This document shows, in pieces, positions 14,896 through 29,718 of a stretch of 64,000 bases of DNA (its first letter is position 1; the number at the start of each line of letters is the position of its first letter). The position numbers and the translations under genes were made by a program. The notes beneath the pieces were generated by a model. That model did not search any database. It worked only from the letters and a program-made list of their open reading frames with translations, and had not been told where the DNA came from. Origin of the DNA: the human T2T-CHM13v2.0 reference genome, Homo sapiens; the NCBI RefSeq assembly GCF_009914755.1, contig NC_060925.1. One strand, written 5' to 3'.

Positions 14896-17479
14896 ATATT
14901 ACTTTCTTCTATTTTTAATTTTTTCCATATTTGCCACTACTTTCTATGTCTCAAAAATAATTCATAGTAAAAAAAGCTGAACACAAAGTTTGTGTTTTTA
15001 AATTTAAAATTATATAAACAGCAAGATTGTGAAAAATAAAGAGTAAATTTTCTTTCTATTGGATATATATAAAATAAAATTTTTATCATTATAAAGTTCT
15101 CCTGAAAGTAATCTTTTGAAAAGATAAATTAATTTCACTATTATAAAAGAGCTCAACTATAATAATTGCATCCTTTCTTGTATTAAGCATGCACGATTTT
15201 AGACAAGACTATTAAGCTTTCCGGACACAACTCAGGTTTGGTTCTGCAAGTAAGCAAACATAGAGAAAGGATCTTCAGTTTCCTTACATGTTTTTCAATT
15301 AACTCTTACCCTTTGGATCAGCTTACTTCTCCCCAAGGTAATGCCACTGGCAGCTAAATGATGAACTTGCTTTCTCAGACTCCCTCAAAAAGACAGGAAC
15401 ATTTTAATTGTGTATCTATGTGGAGGGATGATTGATGTGAAAAAGAAATCAGAGTTGCTCACTATCACACTTTATAAAATTCCCTTCCATTTATCATTCA
15501 CTATCTAAAAGCCCTCAAGATTAGTTTTGTTTAAAGATTATTTGCATTTAAATTGTAGGGATATAGGAGAGTGCTTGCATTTTACGACTGAGGTTAAAAA
15601 CTAAAGTCATCAGTGGTTTAATCATTTTTAAAACAACATTCCCTAAAGCGACCCAAAGCATTGAATATGCTACAATATTTAGTAAAAAGTTCTTTAGTTA
15701 TGGGGCTACTGTGGAGTCAACAACGTAAAAGATAATTTAAAAAACGTATTTATTCTTTGCTAGGTTACAGCTAAAAATACATTCCTGTAGAATAATCATC
15801 CTTGATGTGAGCTACTCTAAAAACAAAAATGAAGCTTTTTATTTTCTGAAATTAGAATTGTATAAGCCAATTTTTCTCAAGTATCATGCAGGGTTAATTG
15901 ACTTCCAGTAACCTAAATTATGTTGTTACCTTACAGTTCAATTTAAAATTGTTAAGCAGAGAAATTTAGAAATGCTTAGAATGAAAACATTAGGCATAAA
16001 ATAGACTGTAATATTATAGCAGTTCTAAGTAGATTGTACACAATGCAGATTATGGCTGTGAGTATAAAACATAATTATCTATATTCCTTCATTTCAAGAG
16101 TTCATGGGGTCATTCATATCAAGTAAACAATCCCACTTTCGAGTTTTTACCAGTAAAGATAACTTATTTGAATAATTCTCAAAAGCCGTTCATTTTAAAA
16201 GGTCCAAGATAACTATTTTATAGCATTTACAGAATTCTTTAAAAGGACTGTTTCTATATTGATAGTAATTTTTTTACTTTGATGAATGCAGAAACACTGA
16301 TTTATATTTTTAAAAATGTTTAACAAGACCATTTGGTTGAGGTTAAATTGACCTGAAGGTCTGAAGTGGGCTTGCTGAGAGAGAAACATGATATTTACTC
16401 TTCCTGGCTCACACTGCCTCATGCATCTTGATGGGAAACATACATCTAATATCTAATGATTTGATTTTACAATAAGATATTTGGCTGGTCATGTTTGATA
16501 GATTCTCCTTAAGAGGTATGTGTTATACTATATTATGTATACTATTATTAGAGGTGAATCTGAAAGATCTATTTCTTTTTTATATCTTAAATCAGATTAA
16601 TGGGAAAGCTCCATGTGATTTTTAAAAATATATTTCATCATTTGTATACTTGTTAAATTTAATAGCTAAAATACTAAGAACATCAACCAGTTATCTACAT
16701 CAATTTATTTTTATATTGAGTTACATAATTATTAAAACTCTTATCAAATATTCACAGGCTTATTTTATCTATCTATACACACACACACATACACACATTC
16801 CTAATCTGTCTGAACAAAGGTATCATACAAATTTTAAATAAAATCCTAAAATAGATATTTGTAGTTTGTACACAATATGTATTCTTATCTGCCCTGAGTA
16901 TGAGGTTTAAAGCAAGCAGAATAATATAAATAAAAACATTTGTAAAATATGAAAGGAAGTCAAATGACAAATATAGGACAATATTACTTTTCAGTGATCA
17001 CCCCATCTCCCAGTTTTCATGAGCATTAATTGCCTTCCTTATGTTCCTGGATATAGGATAAAAAGTTATCTTTCAGGAACATGCTACGTTTTTACCTTTC
17101 AATAGCTCCTTTCCTTAATTCAAATATATTGATTATGCATTTAAGTCTCTGATATTAATCAGATATTTACAGATTTTAAGTAGTCTTTAGTGGACCCAAA
17201 AATGGTGCTAGTTTGCAGATGCTAGAGGTAGTAACCTATAAAAATTATTTCGGAGCACATAGGCTTCTAAACACTCTACAAAGTAACTCTTTATGTGATT
17301 ATATCCTCTCAGTTTTCGGATTATTGACAAACAATAGATTATTGAAATAAAATTATAATTATTACCAGAGCTTAATCTTAAATGCCAAATATTCTAACAG
17401 GAGTAAGATTTTGAATTTCAATGGACTATAGCAGATGACAATGTTCTATTAATATTTTTCACTATTACTGCTTTGTTGC

Positions 17480-17810
17480 AGTCGCAGACATTTCCTTTTT
17501 GTCTTTGTTTCTTTGTGTTATCCCAGTTTTGGGATATTTTCCTAGTGGTGACATTTTCCTGGTTCTTCCTGGGCATTTTGGATATTATGTTATGCGTCCC
17601 TGTGTTTTATTTGAATCCTCTGTTTTATCAGGCCTCCTGTGATACTATGCATGTTGAGGAAGGAAGCAATGCATCATTATTCCCAGGTGAGGGTGGAAGT
17701 TGAGGTTCCCCACTTGACTTGTTTGACAGTCCAGAAGGGAAAGTTGCCTCCTTATTTCTAGTCAGGGTCAAATTTAAGTTTCCCCATTGGACCTCTGCTG
17801 ACACTATTTT
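17480..17810 (-). mobile_element. Old L1M 5'-region fragment
   Basis: Two degenerate copies of GGTGGAAGT..AGGTTCCCCACTTG..CTCTGCTGACAC, a motif recalled from old L1M 5' ends. Confidence 0.45.
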
Positions 17811-19089
17811 AATAGTCTTTGTAGGAGACAATAATCATCAGAATTTGAGGAGTGTCTTTGGGGAATGGAAATCAAGATTTAGTTGTGAGAAACACAGAAG
17901 AGTTAGAATAAACTCTTGGGTGCCATGTGGAAGGTAAGGAAAGAGGAGTCAAAGATGACATGCAGATTCATGTTATGTGAATTAGTAAATGGGGATATTA
18001 TGACAAGCATGGTTTTTAAATGACTTTTTTAGTAATTTATAAAGCTTTTATATGAGAATAATGTTTAACGTGAAAACTTCCTAATTTTAAAACATATAAA
18101 CATTCTTATGTATTGAACTTATTTCTATGTTTTTCTTTCATGCAAGAAATGCAGGTATACTTGCATTGATCTTTCTGATTGCATTATCATGACTTTTTAT
18201 GAATTATGCCATTTTGATATTTAATATAGTATATCGTATGACTAAATTTACTTTTTAGTCTAGCCTCTTAATGAGTCCTATGTACATTTTATATTCTCAG
18301 TCATATTACATTATTATTGATTAGATATGTTGTCTTTAATTGGATTGTAATTGGATGGTATTCTTCTCTGAAATTAGTTTATAATTACCTATTCTTTTTG
18401 AAATTGTACTTGTTAAAAACTAGTTTGAAAGAGAAAAGTGAATAAATTCAAATCTTCCCATTCTTTATGCATTAAAAAACTTCACATTTAAGTTTTTTTA
18501 AAAAATGAAAAGGTGAGAGAAAATATTAATTGGTATAAAACATAAATATAGACAGGTAAATTTAAATATATAAAATATAAAATGTGAGTAACATCTAAAA
18601 TAATAAGCACAATAAAAAGACCAAAATCAAACTTGTGAAGTTTCACTTCAAATATGACAACATAGAGCTCATATTTGTAAAAGCATTTGCTAATAAATAA
18701 AACAGAAATAATTTAATTTGAAATTTAAAAGAAGACATGAGTAGAGAATAGCAAGAAATTTAGAGATGATACATTTAATCAAAGATCTTTACCATCTTTC
18801 ATGTCTATGATTTCCTTATTTGGAATTATCTTTAGGTCCATCCAAACATTATATTAAATATTATAATGCCAATATACACTTATCCTTTGATAGTGGACTT
18901 AATTTTTTGAAATGCCTCAAAAAGCGTGGCTATATAAATCTATGGGCAAAAAAAGCATTCAAAGAAGTAAATGTCATTGAGAACATATATAAGAATATAA
19001 TCTATTTTCACATGAGATGTGCTATCACTGAGATATTCACATGTTAGCTTAGTAGAAAGTGAAAAAGCTGTAAAAGATATTTAGTCCAT

Positions 19090-19450
19090 CCTATGGAGAG
19101 GCAAGGGAGAAGTAATTATCAGGAGGAATTAAAATTTGAGCTAAATCTTGAAAAATTACTTTGCAGTATTTGGCTACACAAGAGTTGAAACAGAGTTCTT
19201 GGCAGAAGGAGTAGCATGGAAAAATGTCGGAAGGCTTCAAGAATGATACAATTTTAAAGGAATTATATGTAGTATATTCTGACTGCCAAAGATAAATGAC
19301 AGTATAAGAGGAAAGCAGGTCAAATTATAAAGGGCTTAGAGATGTAAACCTTGCCATATAAGTAATCATGAGCAACTATCAGGTCTGAAATAGAAGGCTA
19401 ATCTACAATTTAGGGCAATTTGGAGGATGTGTTGAATAAGTGTAAGGCAG
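19090..19450 (-). mobile_element. L2 LINE fragment
   Basis: TTTGAGCTAAATCTTGAA...GGCAGAAGGAGTAGCATG purine-rich antisense L2 pattern. Confidence 0.5.
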
Positions 19451-20888
19451 TAAGTGTCATTGCTATTAATAAAGCTTCTTATTCTTGCTCAGTATCCCCG
19501 AATTTATTCATATACACTTTAATGTAAAATCCTCATCCTACACCTTATATCCTCTTGATAAGAACTACTTTATAAATTCTACACATATTGCATTATAGTT
19601 ACTTCATTGAAAAAAAATCTCCCAGAATCCAGAATGTTTAACGTGCAGAAAACAACAGTTTTAGAAGAGACATTGTACTATTGATGGAGAAATGATATGC
19701 TTTCAAACTTTATGTTTATATTAAGAAAATTTTCTAATTCAATTAATATTAGGCTTGTCACTGGCTAATGTGTGGAATAACACATTTTAAAGACCATTTC
19801 CAATGGTTATGTGCCTATTTTAGATACATTACACATTTGTTTCTTATAAAAACAGAAAACTATTACAAATAAAATGAAAATCTGTGTAAATTCCTAAGAC
19901 TATTTATATTATTTTTAAGTGTTAGAAATAAAATTGTTTTCTATCTCTTTCAAAAGCCTCTGTTCAACAATTTAAAAAATTAAGTGTGGCTTGGCAAACT
20001 TTTCACTATTAGAATAGAATGAGAAAAAAATAAGTAACTCATTTTACTTTTAAAATGTTTCAGATGCATTAGTTTATCCAAATAGTATATGCCACTTACT
20101 TTGCTTCAAATACCGGTAAATGTTACATCATCAAGAACCTTTTAGTAAAATCACAATTCTGTGATTTCTTACAGAGTTTAGAATAATCACTTCAACAATT
20201 ATAGTAATTGTTTGACTCTTGCTAAGTAAGTATCTTGGAACATATTTCAACTTTTAATGCACATTTTATTCACTATATATATAAAGAATATATATAATTC
20301 CTTCTTAACATACAATAAAATTTATTAAATATTAAGGATTATTAAGAGGATATAATTGAAATATTAGAAAGCTATTTAACATTTTTTACTTTTTAAAGTA
20401 TTTATTCATATTAAATCATTTCAAGTATTTCTACACATTACAAACACTGTGAGATAATCATATTTCAAATTAAAAACAAAAATCCTTCTCCACAAATCAC
20501 CTTTACCAACTGTCTTCACCAATGTTTACCCTTTCAAAATATTTTTATCTCATATACAAGAGATAAAGTGATAATAATATAATTAGGGGTGAGTAGAGTA
20601 AGTAACCAGTTCCTCTGAGTATGTGCTCCAATTACTTTAGGTAATGTGATGAAACAGTGATTGGTGAGAATATTGAAAACTATATGAGGAGAAGCAGAGA
20701 AAAATAAGTTAATCAGCCACTTAGGTAAAAATGATCAGTTCCATTTGAGACTGTCCTCTACCAGTCATCCCCAGAAGCAACGTCAGCTCATCACACTTAT
20801 TGTATGTTCCCTCATCCACCACTCAACCTCTCAGACTTTATCTTCAGTTTCATATCACAGATGGTTAGAACAATCCCTGGAAAAGGCA

Positions 20889-21291
20889 GTTATGGTAGAT
20901 CAATTGCAATAGTCGCCCCAAGTTTTCACACCCTACCTGCATCTATGGCTTTTGATTTGTGACTTTTTATTCAATTCAGCAGTGGCAAACATGACCCAGA
21001 GGTTTGAAAAGGTGCTTCTGCACTTTCAGGTTCTTTCCTGGACACTGTCACTGCCCAGGATAGCCTGCTAGAAGAATGAAGAGGTGTGCAGGGTGTACTG
21101 TGTCATCCGCCTGAGAGGTCTTTGGAAAGCAGGCAGCCTCCAGCCAAACTGCCACTGGGATGCATGAGCAAGGCTGCTCCAGATGAACAGAACTGCTCAG
21201 CCAACACACACAGCTGTGAGAAATAAACGGAGGTTGCTTAAGTCACTACATTTTTGACTGGTTCATTGCCAGCAATAGCAGGTAATATACA
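20889..21291 (+). mobile_element. MaLR solo LTR (MLT1H-like)
   Basis: TATGGTAGA...CAGAACTGCTCAGCC...GTGAGAAATAAA...TAAGTCACTA...CAGCAATAGCAGGTAATATACA. Confidence 0.7.
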
Positions 21292-21539
21292 GGAGTAATC
21301 CCTGAGGTTTTACATAAAGTGCATACAGGGGTGATCTCTAAGGTGTTACATAAATAATTGATTTCCAAGGACTCAGCCACTGGCTCTCCAGACTCAGAGG
21401 TAGCATCCAAGAACTTCTAGTCATTCTGGGTGATGGATATTCATGGCAATGCCCTGCCAGTGCAGTAGCTGTTGGCTTCCTAAACTCTATGGAGCAGCAG
21501 CTTTTGACTCATGCAAAGAAAAAAAATATATACGTAGAA

Positions 21540-23890
21540 GGAGAAGAGAGGGTAGAAAAGATGAAGGCTGGAGTTGGGGGACAAAAAGTGCTGGACTTTT
21601 CTAAATATAGCTTTTTGTGAAGATTTAATTTAGAACCATGTAAATATTTACATAATTATAAATCAAAATTACATTTTAAAATAGCAGTTCATAAAATCAG
21701 AGGCAACTTGAGGAAAGTGAAACTGTTGTGTTCCTGTTTCAACTGATTTTAAACAAAGAATGCAACTGCACATTTTCATAGATACAGATAAAAAGGTTAT
21801 GTGAAAAATTTTAAAATTATGTTCATCATTATACAGTGATAGTGTTGAAGTGTGTTTTGTTATTATAACAAAAGTGTTGTGTGTGTAATTTGTGATAAAG
21901 AAATTAATTCTATATTTATGTCATTAAGAACTTAGATTTTGATGTGAGGGAAAGGTCATATAGATGAAAGATTATATAAGAAAAATTATATAATTTCAAA
22001 ACAGAATCAGATGTATTACAATGCATTAATCATGCATTTTTTCTCTTAAAAATATATCTATTATTTGTATCCTCTAAAAATGTTTAAAAACAAAAAATAA
22101 ACAATCTACAGACAACCTATAGCACCAAAATTATGATCTTCAAACAATGCAATTTCACATTAAAAGGAACTAGAGCTCTTTGGCAGGAAATGATTAGTAC
22201 TATATCTGAGAATAAAATGTAAGAGATGAGACAGACAAATCTTGCCATAGCAAAAAATAACAGACAGCAAGAAAGCTATCTAAGACTAATGATATGTCAA
22301 TAGAATCAAGAGCCAAACTGAAGACATTCATACTTTTTTAGAAGGATACTTTCAGTATTAATAAGACTAATAAGCACAATGAACAAGAAAATATATATAA
22401 TTAAATCCATGGAATAAGGATACTTAAAACAACAAAGTATTCATTAACTTAGTGGTTTTCTAGGAAACAATGTTAATTTTCTATTGCTGCATAACAAAGT
22501 ACCATAAACTTAGTGGCTTAAAACAACACACACTTATCATCTTATAGCTTCTGTGAGTCAGGAGTCTGAGCCCAGCTTAGATGAGGCCTCTGCTCAGGGA
22601 AGAGTTGCACAATACTATAATCAGAGTGTTATCCTGGGTATATTCCCATTTAGTGATTCAGCTGGGAAAGAATCTGTTTCTAAACTAATTTAGAATTGGC
22701 AGAATTCATTATAGCTTTAGAACTTCATTTCCTTGTGGCTGTTGAACTGAGGGCCCTTGCTTTTTGCTGGCTATCAGCTGGATACCACCTTCACATCCAA
22801 GAGGCTGCTCACAGTTCCTTGCCATGTGGATTTCTCCAATATGTCTAATTCATGGGACCTGCAAGGAGAATCTCTACCTCTAGTCTGCTCAGATGGAGTC
22901 TTATATAACATAAGTACATCAGTGACAGCCTTCTATTCCCTTTGCCACCTTATGTTGGTTGGAAGCATGTCACAGGTCCCACATAACTCAAGGCAAAAAG
23001 ATTACACAAAGGATTGAAACAGAGTAGAGGAATCATTGGGAGTTGGGGTCACATAAGAATCTGCTATAGAAACCACCTTAATATTTTGAAAGCTGATAAA
23101 TAACTGTAAAGAAGCAAACATTTGTCTTACCTTTTTTGTGAGAACAATACCTCAGAGTAGAAAAATAGTTGTTGAATGAAAAATTATCATTATAAAGGAC
23201 ATGGTAAAGAAAGAATGCTGAATTTAATGTAGTACCATGTTGTAATCACTAAAATAACAATCACTTATGCTTGTTAACTATGGCATTATTTACCTATTAA
23301 TAGAAGTATGCAACACTGTATACAAAGTCTTTTTTTTTCCTAAAATGGCTTGTAAATGTCACAAAGTTTTTATGTTTAGCTACAAATTTATTGGCAACTA
23401 ACCAAGTATAGTTCCAGATAGTGAAAGTGTCTAAAGGAAAACAAATTGTTTCCCTTTGTTTTTAACACAAGTGGAAGAAATAGATATATCAAGAGATTTA
23501 GTATATACATAAACATAGTTTGTATGTTTGTATTTATTTCATTTAATTCTTCATTCAAACTCTATAAAAATGTGAGACAATCATAGATATTTGATCACTT
23601 ATCAGATAGCTGATGATATTAAGAAATGACTATGAAGAACTTTTTAGTTATGAGAATGTTATTGCTATTAATTTAAAAAATAATCTTGTTTTTTAAAAAC
23701 ATATTAGATAATTATTAATTAAATGGCATGTGTTGAAATACATCCAAATAACTGGACAGGGAGTATTATATGGAGAGATTGATGAATGAAGACAGAGAGA
23801 TCGATGAATAATAATGTGTTATTGGCCAACTATTGGTAAAGAATTGTTGAGGGGCATATGATGGTTTATTTTCCTGTTTTCGGTGCTTTT
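21540..23890 (+). mobile_element. Old L1 (L1MC/L1ME) 3'-region fragments, interrupted by an MLT1 LTR
   Basis: A-rich degenerate L1 3'UTR-like sequence on both sides of the LTR; boundaries approximate. Confidence 0.45.
22469..23068 (-). mobile_element. MaLR solo LTR (MLT1D/E-like)
   Basis: CTATTGCTGCATAACAAAGTACCATAAACTTAGTGGCTTAAAACAACAC...GGCAGAATTCA...CAGTTCCTTGCCATGTGG; candidate TSD GAAAC at 22464-22468 and 23069-23073. Confidence 0.82.
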
Positions 23891-23894
23891 ATAC

Positions 23895-24370
23895 ACAGCA
23901 CTTTCCCTTTACCCACTGTTTTACTCTCTGCACTTTCAGTTACCTGCAGTCAACTGCAGTCTGAAAATATTAAATGGAGAATTCTAATTCATAATTTTAA
24001 AATTGTGAGCCAATGTGAGTAGCATGATGAAATCACACACTGACCTGCCTGGAATGTGAATTCTCCATTTGTTGCGTGTACTCAGGTGTCTATGCTACCC
24101 TTCCATTAGCCATTTATTAGCCATTTTGGTTATCTATCATGGTCACCCATTGCATATGTTCCAGTTACCCTTAATGTATTTAATAATTGCCTCAAAGCAC
24201 AAGAGTAGTGATGCTGGCAATTTGGATATGCCATAGAGAAGCTGTAAAGTGCTTCTTTCAACTGAAAAGGTGAAAGTTCTCCACTTAATAAGGAAAAAAA
24301 TGCAGTGTTTGATATTATCTGTGGTTTCAGACATCCACTGGGGATCGTGGAAAGTATTCCCCATGGATAT
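23895..24370 (+). mobile_element. MER44 (Tigger7-derived, Tc1/mariner) DNA transposon
   Basis: TTTCAGTTACCTGCAGTCAACTGCAGTCTGAAAATATTAAATGG...AAGCACAAGAGTAGTGATGCTGGCAATTTGGATATGCC...CATCCACTGGGG. Confidence 0.8.
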
Positions 24371-24679
24371 GTTTAAAGATTTTTTTACAATAAAATGTTT
24401 TTAAATAAATCAAAAATTAAATATTATAGTAACGTGATACCTACCATTATCCATTTGCAAAACAGACTACAAAATGATTAGCAAAAATATGCAATGCCCA
24501 GTCATTGGAGTCATTCATTTTCTTAATGTATAGAAAGTTTATTAATTATGTTTTCTTAAAATTTATAAAATGACAATTATATATTTTATAATTTAGAGTC
24601 ACCTTTTAAAAATGACACATTTAGAAAGAGTTGGGAAATTTAAACACTTTAAAATTTCATTTTATGCATTTTATTACAC

Positions 24680-25547
24680 TGTGTTTCTATTGAGGTATGT
24701 TGTGCATACAGTGAGGTGCACAGATCATAACTGTACAGTTCTAACATTATTGAAAAAAGCATAAAGCTAGGTCACTCACACCAATGTCAAGACTGATAAC
24801 ATTTTGATTACTCAAAGAAGCCTAATAGTGCCTACTTCTAGTCAATTCCCTACCTATTCCCTGAAAACAACTACTGTTGTAATTATTTCATCACTGCTTA
24901 AGTTTCTCTGTTCTATGAAAACAGTGTATGCAAGTGGAGGAATGGCACTAGAAATCTGATCTGTGAGCTGGCAATATGTGGTGCATTGCTGGTAGAGAAT
25001 TTAAAACAATAAAATCCAACTAAAACTTGGTCAGTTTTTCAATATCACCATAAACTGGTGATTTTCAAAAAAGTCAGTATTAAAATACTCCACCTAGAGG
25101 AGATACCACTTCCACTATTACTCTCTCCTTCTTGGAAGGCCATTGTCCAAAATTATATCTACCAGAATGATGTTCTATACAATCCTATGGTAAGATTTCT
25201 TTCAGATAGCATTTTTGAGAGATTTATCCATGTCATTGTGTATATTGATAGTTCATCCCTCTTTATTGATGAGTACATATCCATTATTTAATAGATCATA
25301 ACTTATCCATATTTCTGATGGTAGACATTAGGATATTTGTAGCTTGAGACTATTATAAAGTTGCTTTGAAAATTTTTATAAAAATGTATCTTACAAAAGG
25401 TGTATTTAAATGTATAAGAAAATGTCAAACAGTTTTCCAAATTGGTTGTATCATTTTACTCTGTGAACACCAATAGTTCCCAACATTTGGTTTTATCAGT
25501 CCTTTTAATTAGAGCCACTTTGGTGCACATATATCTGTACCTCACTG

Positions 25548-25580
<33 letters not shown>

Positions 25581-26350
25581 ATTATCCTGATAACTCAATG
25601 ATGCCACTCTTTTAAATAATCTGTTATTGGTCATTCCTACAAGTTATTTGCATAAAATCTGTTTGAATATTTTACCAGTTTTCCTGGTATGACTTTTCTC
25701 TATCATTGAGCTTAAGGAGTTGTTTATATGTTCTTTATTTAACTACTTTGCCAAATATTTGTATTGCAAATATTTTCTCCACAAATTTGTATTATTATTC
25801 ATTTTAATGTATTTTGAATTATATATATGTAGTTCATAAATAAATATTTAAGTTTTTAAGATCCTTTTAATCAGATATTTTTATGATTAGATTTTTTGGG
25901 TAATGTAATGACAGCTTTTGCTAATCCCAGATTACAAATATGTTTTCTCATATTTTCTTTTAAAACTATATAGTGTTTGATTTTAAGTTTAGGTCAGTAA
26001 TCCATCTCAAAATAAATTTCGTATATAGTGAAAGGAAGGTTCAAGGCTCATCATTTTTCATACAGATACCTAATTTTTTTGTACCATTTTTTGAAAATGC
26101 TCTTCATTCTGAATTGAACGGATGAAGTTGCTTTGTCAAAAATTATTTGATCATATAAATATAGGTCCATTATAGAAAGCTATTCTATTTCATTGATTTC
26201 TCTCTCCTTATGCCAATACCACAATGTCTTGATAACATTTATTTTAGACTGAAATTTGAATTCAGATAATGAAAGTCCTCCAATTTTGTTGCCTTTCAAA
26301 ATTGTTGGGATAATTTATGTCTCTTGCATTTCTGTTTAAAATTTAAAATA
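24680..26350 (-). mobile_element. Old L1 (L1ME-like) 3' end and ORF2 tail; contains a ~30-nt T run at 25550-25578
   Basis: TATTGAGGTATG...CAAACAGTTTTCCAAATTGGTTGTATCATTTTAC...TATGCCAATACCACAATGTCTTGAT. Confidence 0.75.
24922..25145 (+). mobile_element. Short hAT-like (Tip100-type) non-autonomous DNA transposon nested in L1
   Basis: CAGTG...CATTG termini; internal GGTGCATTGCTGGTAGAGAATTTAAAACAATAAAA...GTCAGTATTAAAATACTCC resembles a recalled MITE consensus; family name uncertain. Confidence 0.5.
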
Positions 26351-26489
26351 TTTTTCTTGACTTACTGTTATACACTTTGAGGTACAGTTAAGAATCTTAT
26401 CTAACAATATTCTTACATATAACTCTTCTTTTATGTTATTTTCAAGTTTACTTCTATTTAAACTAAAAACTTACTGTACATGACTGTAC

Positions 26490-27100
26490 ATCGTTGTCAC
26501 CAGTTCTATTTAACATGGTACTCAAATTCTTACCCAGAGAAGAAAAAGAAATAAATGGCATTCAAATTGGAAAGGAAAAAGTAAGATTATTTATGTTCAC
26601 AGAACTCATAATATGGTGTATAGAAATCCTAAAGTTTCCACAAAGCATTGTTAGAATAAATAAATCTAGCAAAGTTGCATGACACAAAATAAACACAAAA
26701 AATTAGTTGTGTTCTTGTACAATTATAAGGAACAATCTGGAGAGTAAGAAAAAAATTCCATTCATAATAGCATCAAACAACAAAAAATTTAGACATAAAC
26801 TTAACTAGGGAGGTGAAATATATATGCACTGAAAACTGCAAAATACTACTGAGAGAAATTAAAGACATCAATAAATGGAAAGACATTCCATATTTTGTAT
26901 TAAGAAACTTAATATCATTAAGAATTAATGCTACCAAAAGGTTTCTATAGATTCAGTGTAATCTCTACCGAAATCCCAATAACATATTTTGGAAGAATAG
27001 AAAATTCCAACATAAAATGTATTTGGAAACTCGGGGGCTCAGAATAGCCAAAACAATCTTGATAAAAGAACATAGTTGTAGGTCTCACACTTCCTAGATT
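26490..27100 (+). mobile_element. L1 ORF2 (RT region) fragment
   Basis: ORF 26494-26682 SPVLFNMVL..EEKEINGIQIGKEKVRL resembles L1 ORF2 (SPLLFNIVLE..KEIKGIQIGKEEVKL). Confidence 0.85.
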
Positions 27101-27199
27101 CCTTGTTCAGTGCTCTGACAGACTACCATAGGCCAGTGTCAATTTCACTCTGTTCAATGGCTCCTCTCCTCATCACAATTTGTGTAAAGCTACAATGAC

Positions 27200-27556
27200 A
27201 GCATGAAGTCGACAGAAAGCACCAAAGAATTAATACCCCTACCCTATAAGAATAGTTTTAAACCAAAGACTCTTGAGCACTGATGCAAAAATATCTCAGC
27301 CCCATCATCCCTCTCATCCTTGGGACCAGCTGAAACTGAAGCATATGTTGTGTGCCATTTTCCAGAGTTTCACCATAGAGTAAGCTGCAGGAGACAATAG
27401 AAGACACTGGTGCAATAGAGCTCTCTTTATAGCTGACTTTCCTTCCCTCTGATCGCTTTTCTATCCTCATCCTCTTGTCTCTTATACTTCCCAAATAAAC
27501 TACATCATCTCAAATTCTTGTATCAGGGATATCTTTGAAGAATCTGAACTAAGACA
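27200..27556 (+). mobile_element. ERVL solo LTR (LTR16-like)
   Basis: CTTCCCAAATAAACTAC...CTCAAATTCTTGTATCAGGG...GAACTAAGACA 3' terminus. Confidence 0.65.
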
Positions 27557-28537
27557 ACAGTGACATTACTAGCTAGAGATAACAGTAAATCCTATCCATA
27601 CCAATAGCTACACTAATGTGTCAAGCAAATTAAGTTATAAACCTAAGAGAGTTAAAAACCATCCACCAGAAAAAATTGAAAGTGTTAATTCACAGTAAGT
27701 TGATTAAAAAAAAAACTTATCAAACTGTCATTGAAAGTATAGAAAATGTGTGATTATGTGGAATAAGTAATTAGGAAAATACATATTCCAGAAAATATTG
27801 TTTTGATTGTATTTAATTGTTAGATTCAGTAAATTAACTTATAAGTAAACATACCTGGTTCTAAATAACTGCAAAAGAATATTGCTATTTTATATCCTAA
27901 AGAAATAATGCTATTGGTATTTTATCCAATTTTTCCTTGTAATCTGCTAGCATAGAGTTCAAGCAACATAAATCATTTCACTAGTGTAGAAATATATACT
28001 GTTGAACCAATGCCACCACTTCAAAATTCATAGGATTTTTATGGCCAATTGTAAATAGAACATTTTTAATTAGAAGTGATGTTCTTTAAAAAACATTTTT
28101 TATAGAAAATAAGTGTGTAGAGAAGAATCTCATAAAATGTTCCAAAGCCAATCCCTAGCTCTGAGAACATTTTTAGAAGTAAAGCAAATATATTGGTATA
28201 ACTGACCCATTAAGAAGGTGATAAAGTAAATGGAAAAGAGATGCAATAGTATTTCCACTTCAAAAATTTGTCACAAGCATGTTATTTTGTCTTTTCTTTT
28301 AATTGTACTCTATCTTATGTTTAATGGGCACTTTCTGAAATAGTGAAGGTAACTAGGGAAAATACAGAATGCTCCAACTTTGCTTCCCCTTGCCACACCA
28401 CAAACAGTCCCAAGCAAGGTTATTTTAAAGACATCCCTGGATTTTCTGTTTGTTGGATTTGCCACCATGTCTAATTCTACAGTCACAACTCAATTGTTCC
28501 TAATACACTGGGCCAGATACTAAAATATCTACAGTAC

Positions 28538-28701
28538 CATATATATGACATGTCATATACATATATATACACACACACATATATATACACATACACACAG
28601 TGTCTGTATATAGTATATATATAGTCATATATATGTGTGTGTGTATATATATATTCATCATTGAACTTATATATATGACTCTGTAGATATTCATATATAT
28701 G
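28538..28701. repeat. (TA)/(CA)/(TG) compound microsatellite
   Basis: Seen directly. Confidence 0.9.
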
Positions 28702-29357
28702 AAGAAAACTAGGAGGTCTCATCATTAGGGTTTGCATGGATTCCATCCGGAATCAAAACCCTCTGACACAGCCAGCCAAGGTGGGCAGGGCAATATAATC
28801 CTCTGCCTTTCTAAGGAACCAAAGCCTGAGTCAGTGTATTCCATATATGATTCGTGTACAATATTTTCAAAAACAATCTTACTGAAACTAGGCTTGAGCC
28901 TTGACAACTTCAATCCGCGTATCTCTCTCTTTTTTCTTTTTTTGATGGTATAACCTTCGTGTGCAATATTTCTTGAGATAAATTTATCAAAAACTTGTAT
29001 TTATGAGGTAATTTCTTTGGATTGCAAGGTGTGTGCAGATATAAACAAAGACTGCAGTTACCTATTGCATTGTAATTTTCTTTTAAAATTTCTAAAACCT
29101 ATTTTTTCTACACTTGCAAATTTGAGGATCATTCATTTTAGTGTAATTAGTAGAAGATAATAGGATTGAAATTTTTCCCCTGCTCTCATTTTCTTCTAAT
29201 AACAAAAAAAAAACCCTCTATATCTTGGCTTTGTTGCTTTAAAAACATTTTAATCATGAAATTTTGATATAACAAAATGGTAGGTAAGTTATAAAGAGAA
29301 TTGTTTGAATGAACACACCATCCTTAAGACTGCCCAAATTATGAACTATTTTGTTAA

Positions 29358-29718
<361 letters not shown>

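Noticed and set aside
24680-27100. L1(-) next to L1(+) as a single twin-primed 5' inversion
   Set aside because: The two pieces overlap by ~90 nt of L1 coordinates yet differ strongly there, and ~140 bp separates them. Independent insertions are more likely.
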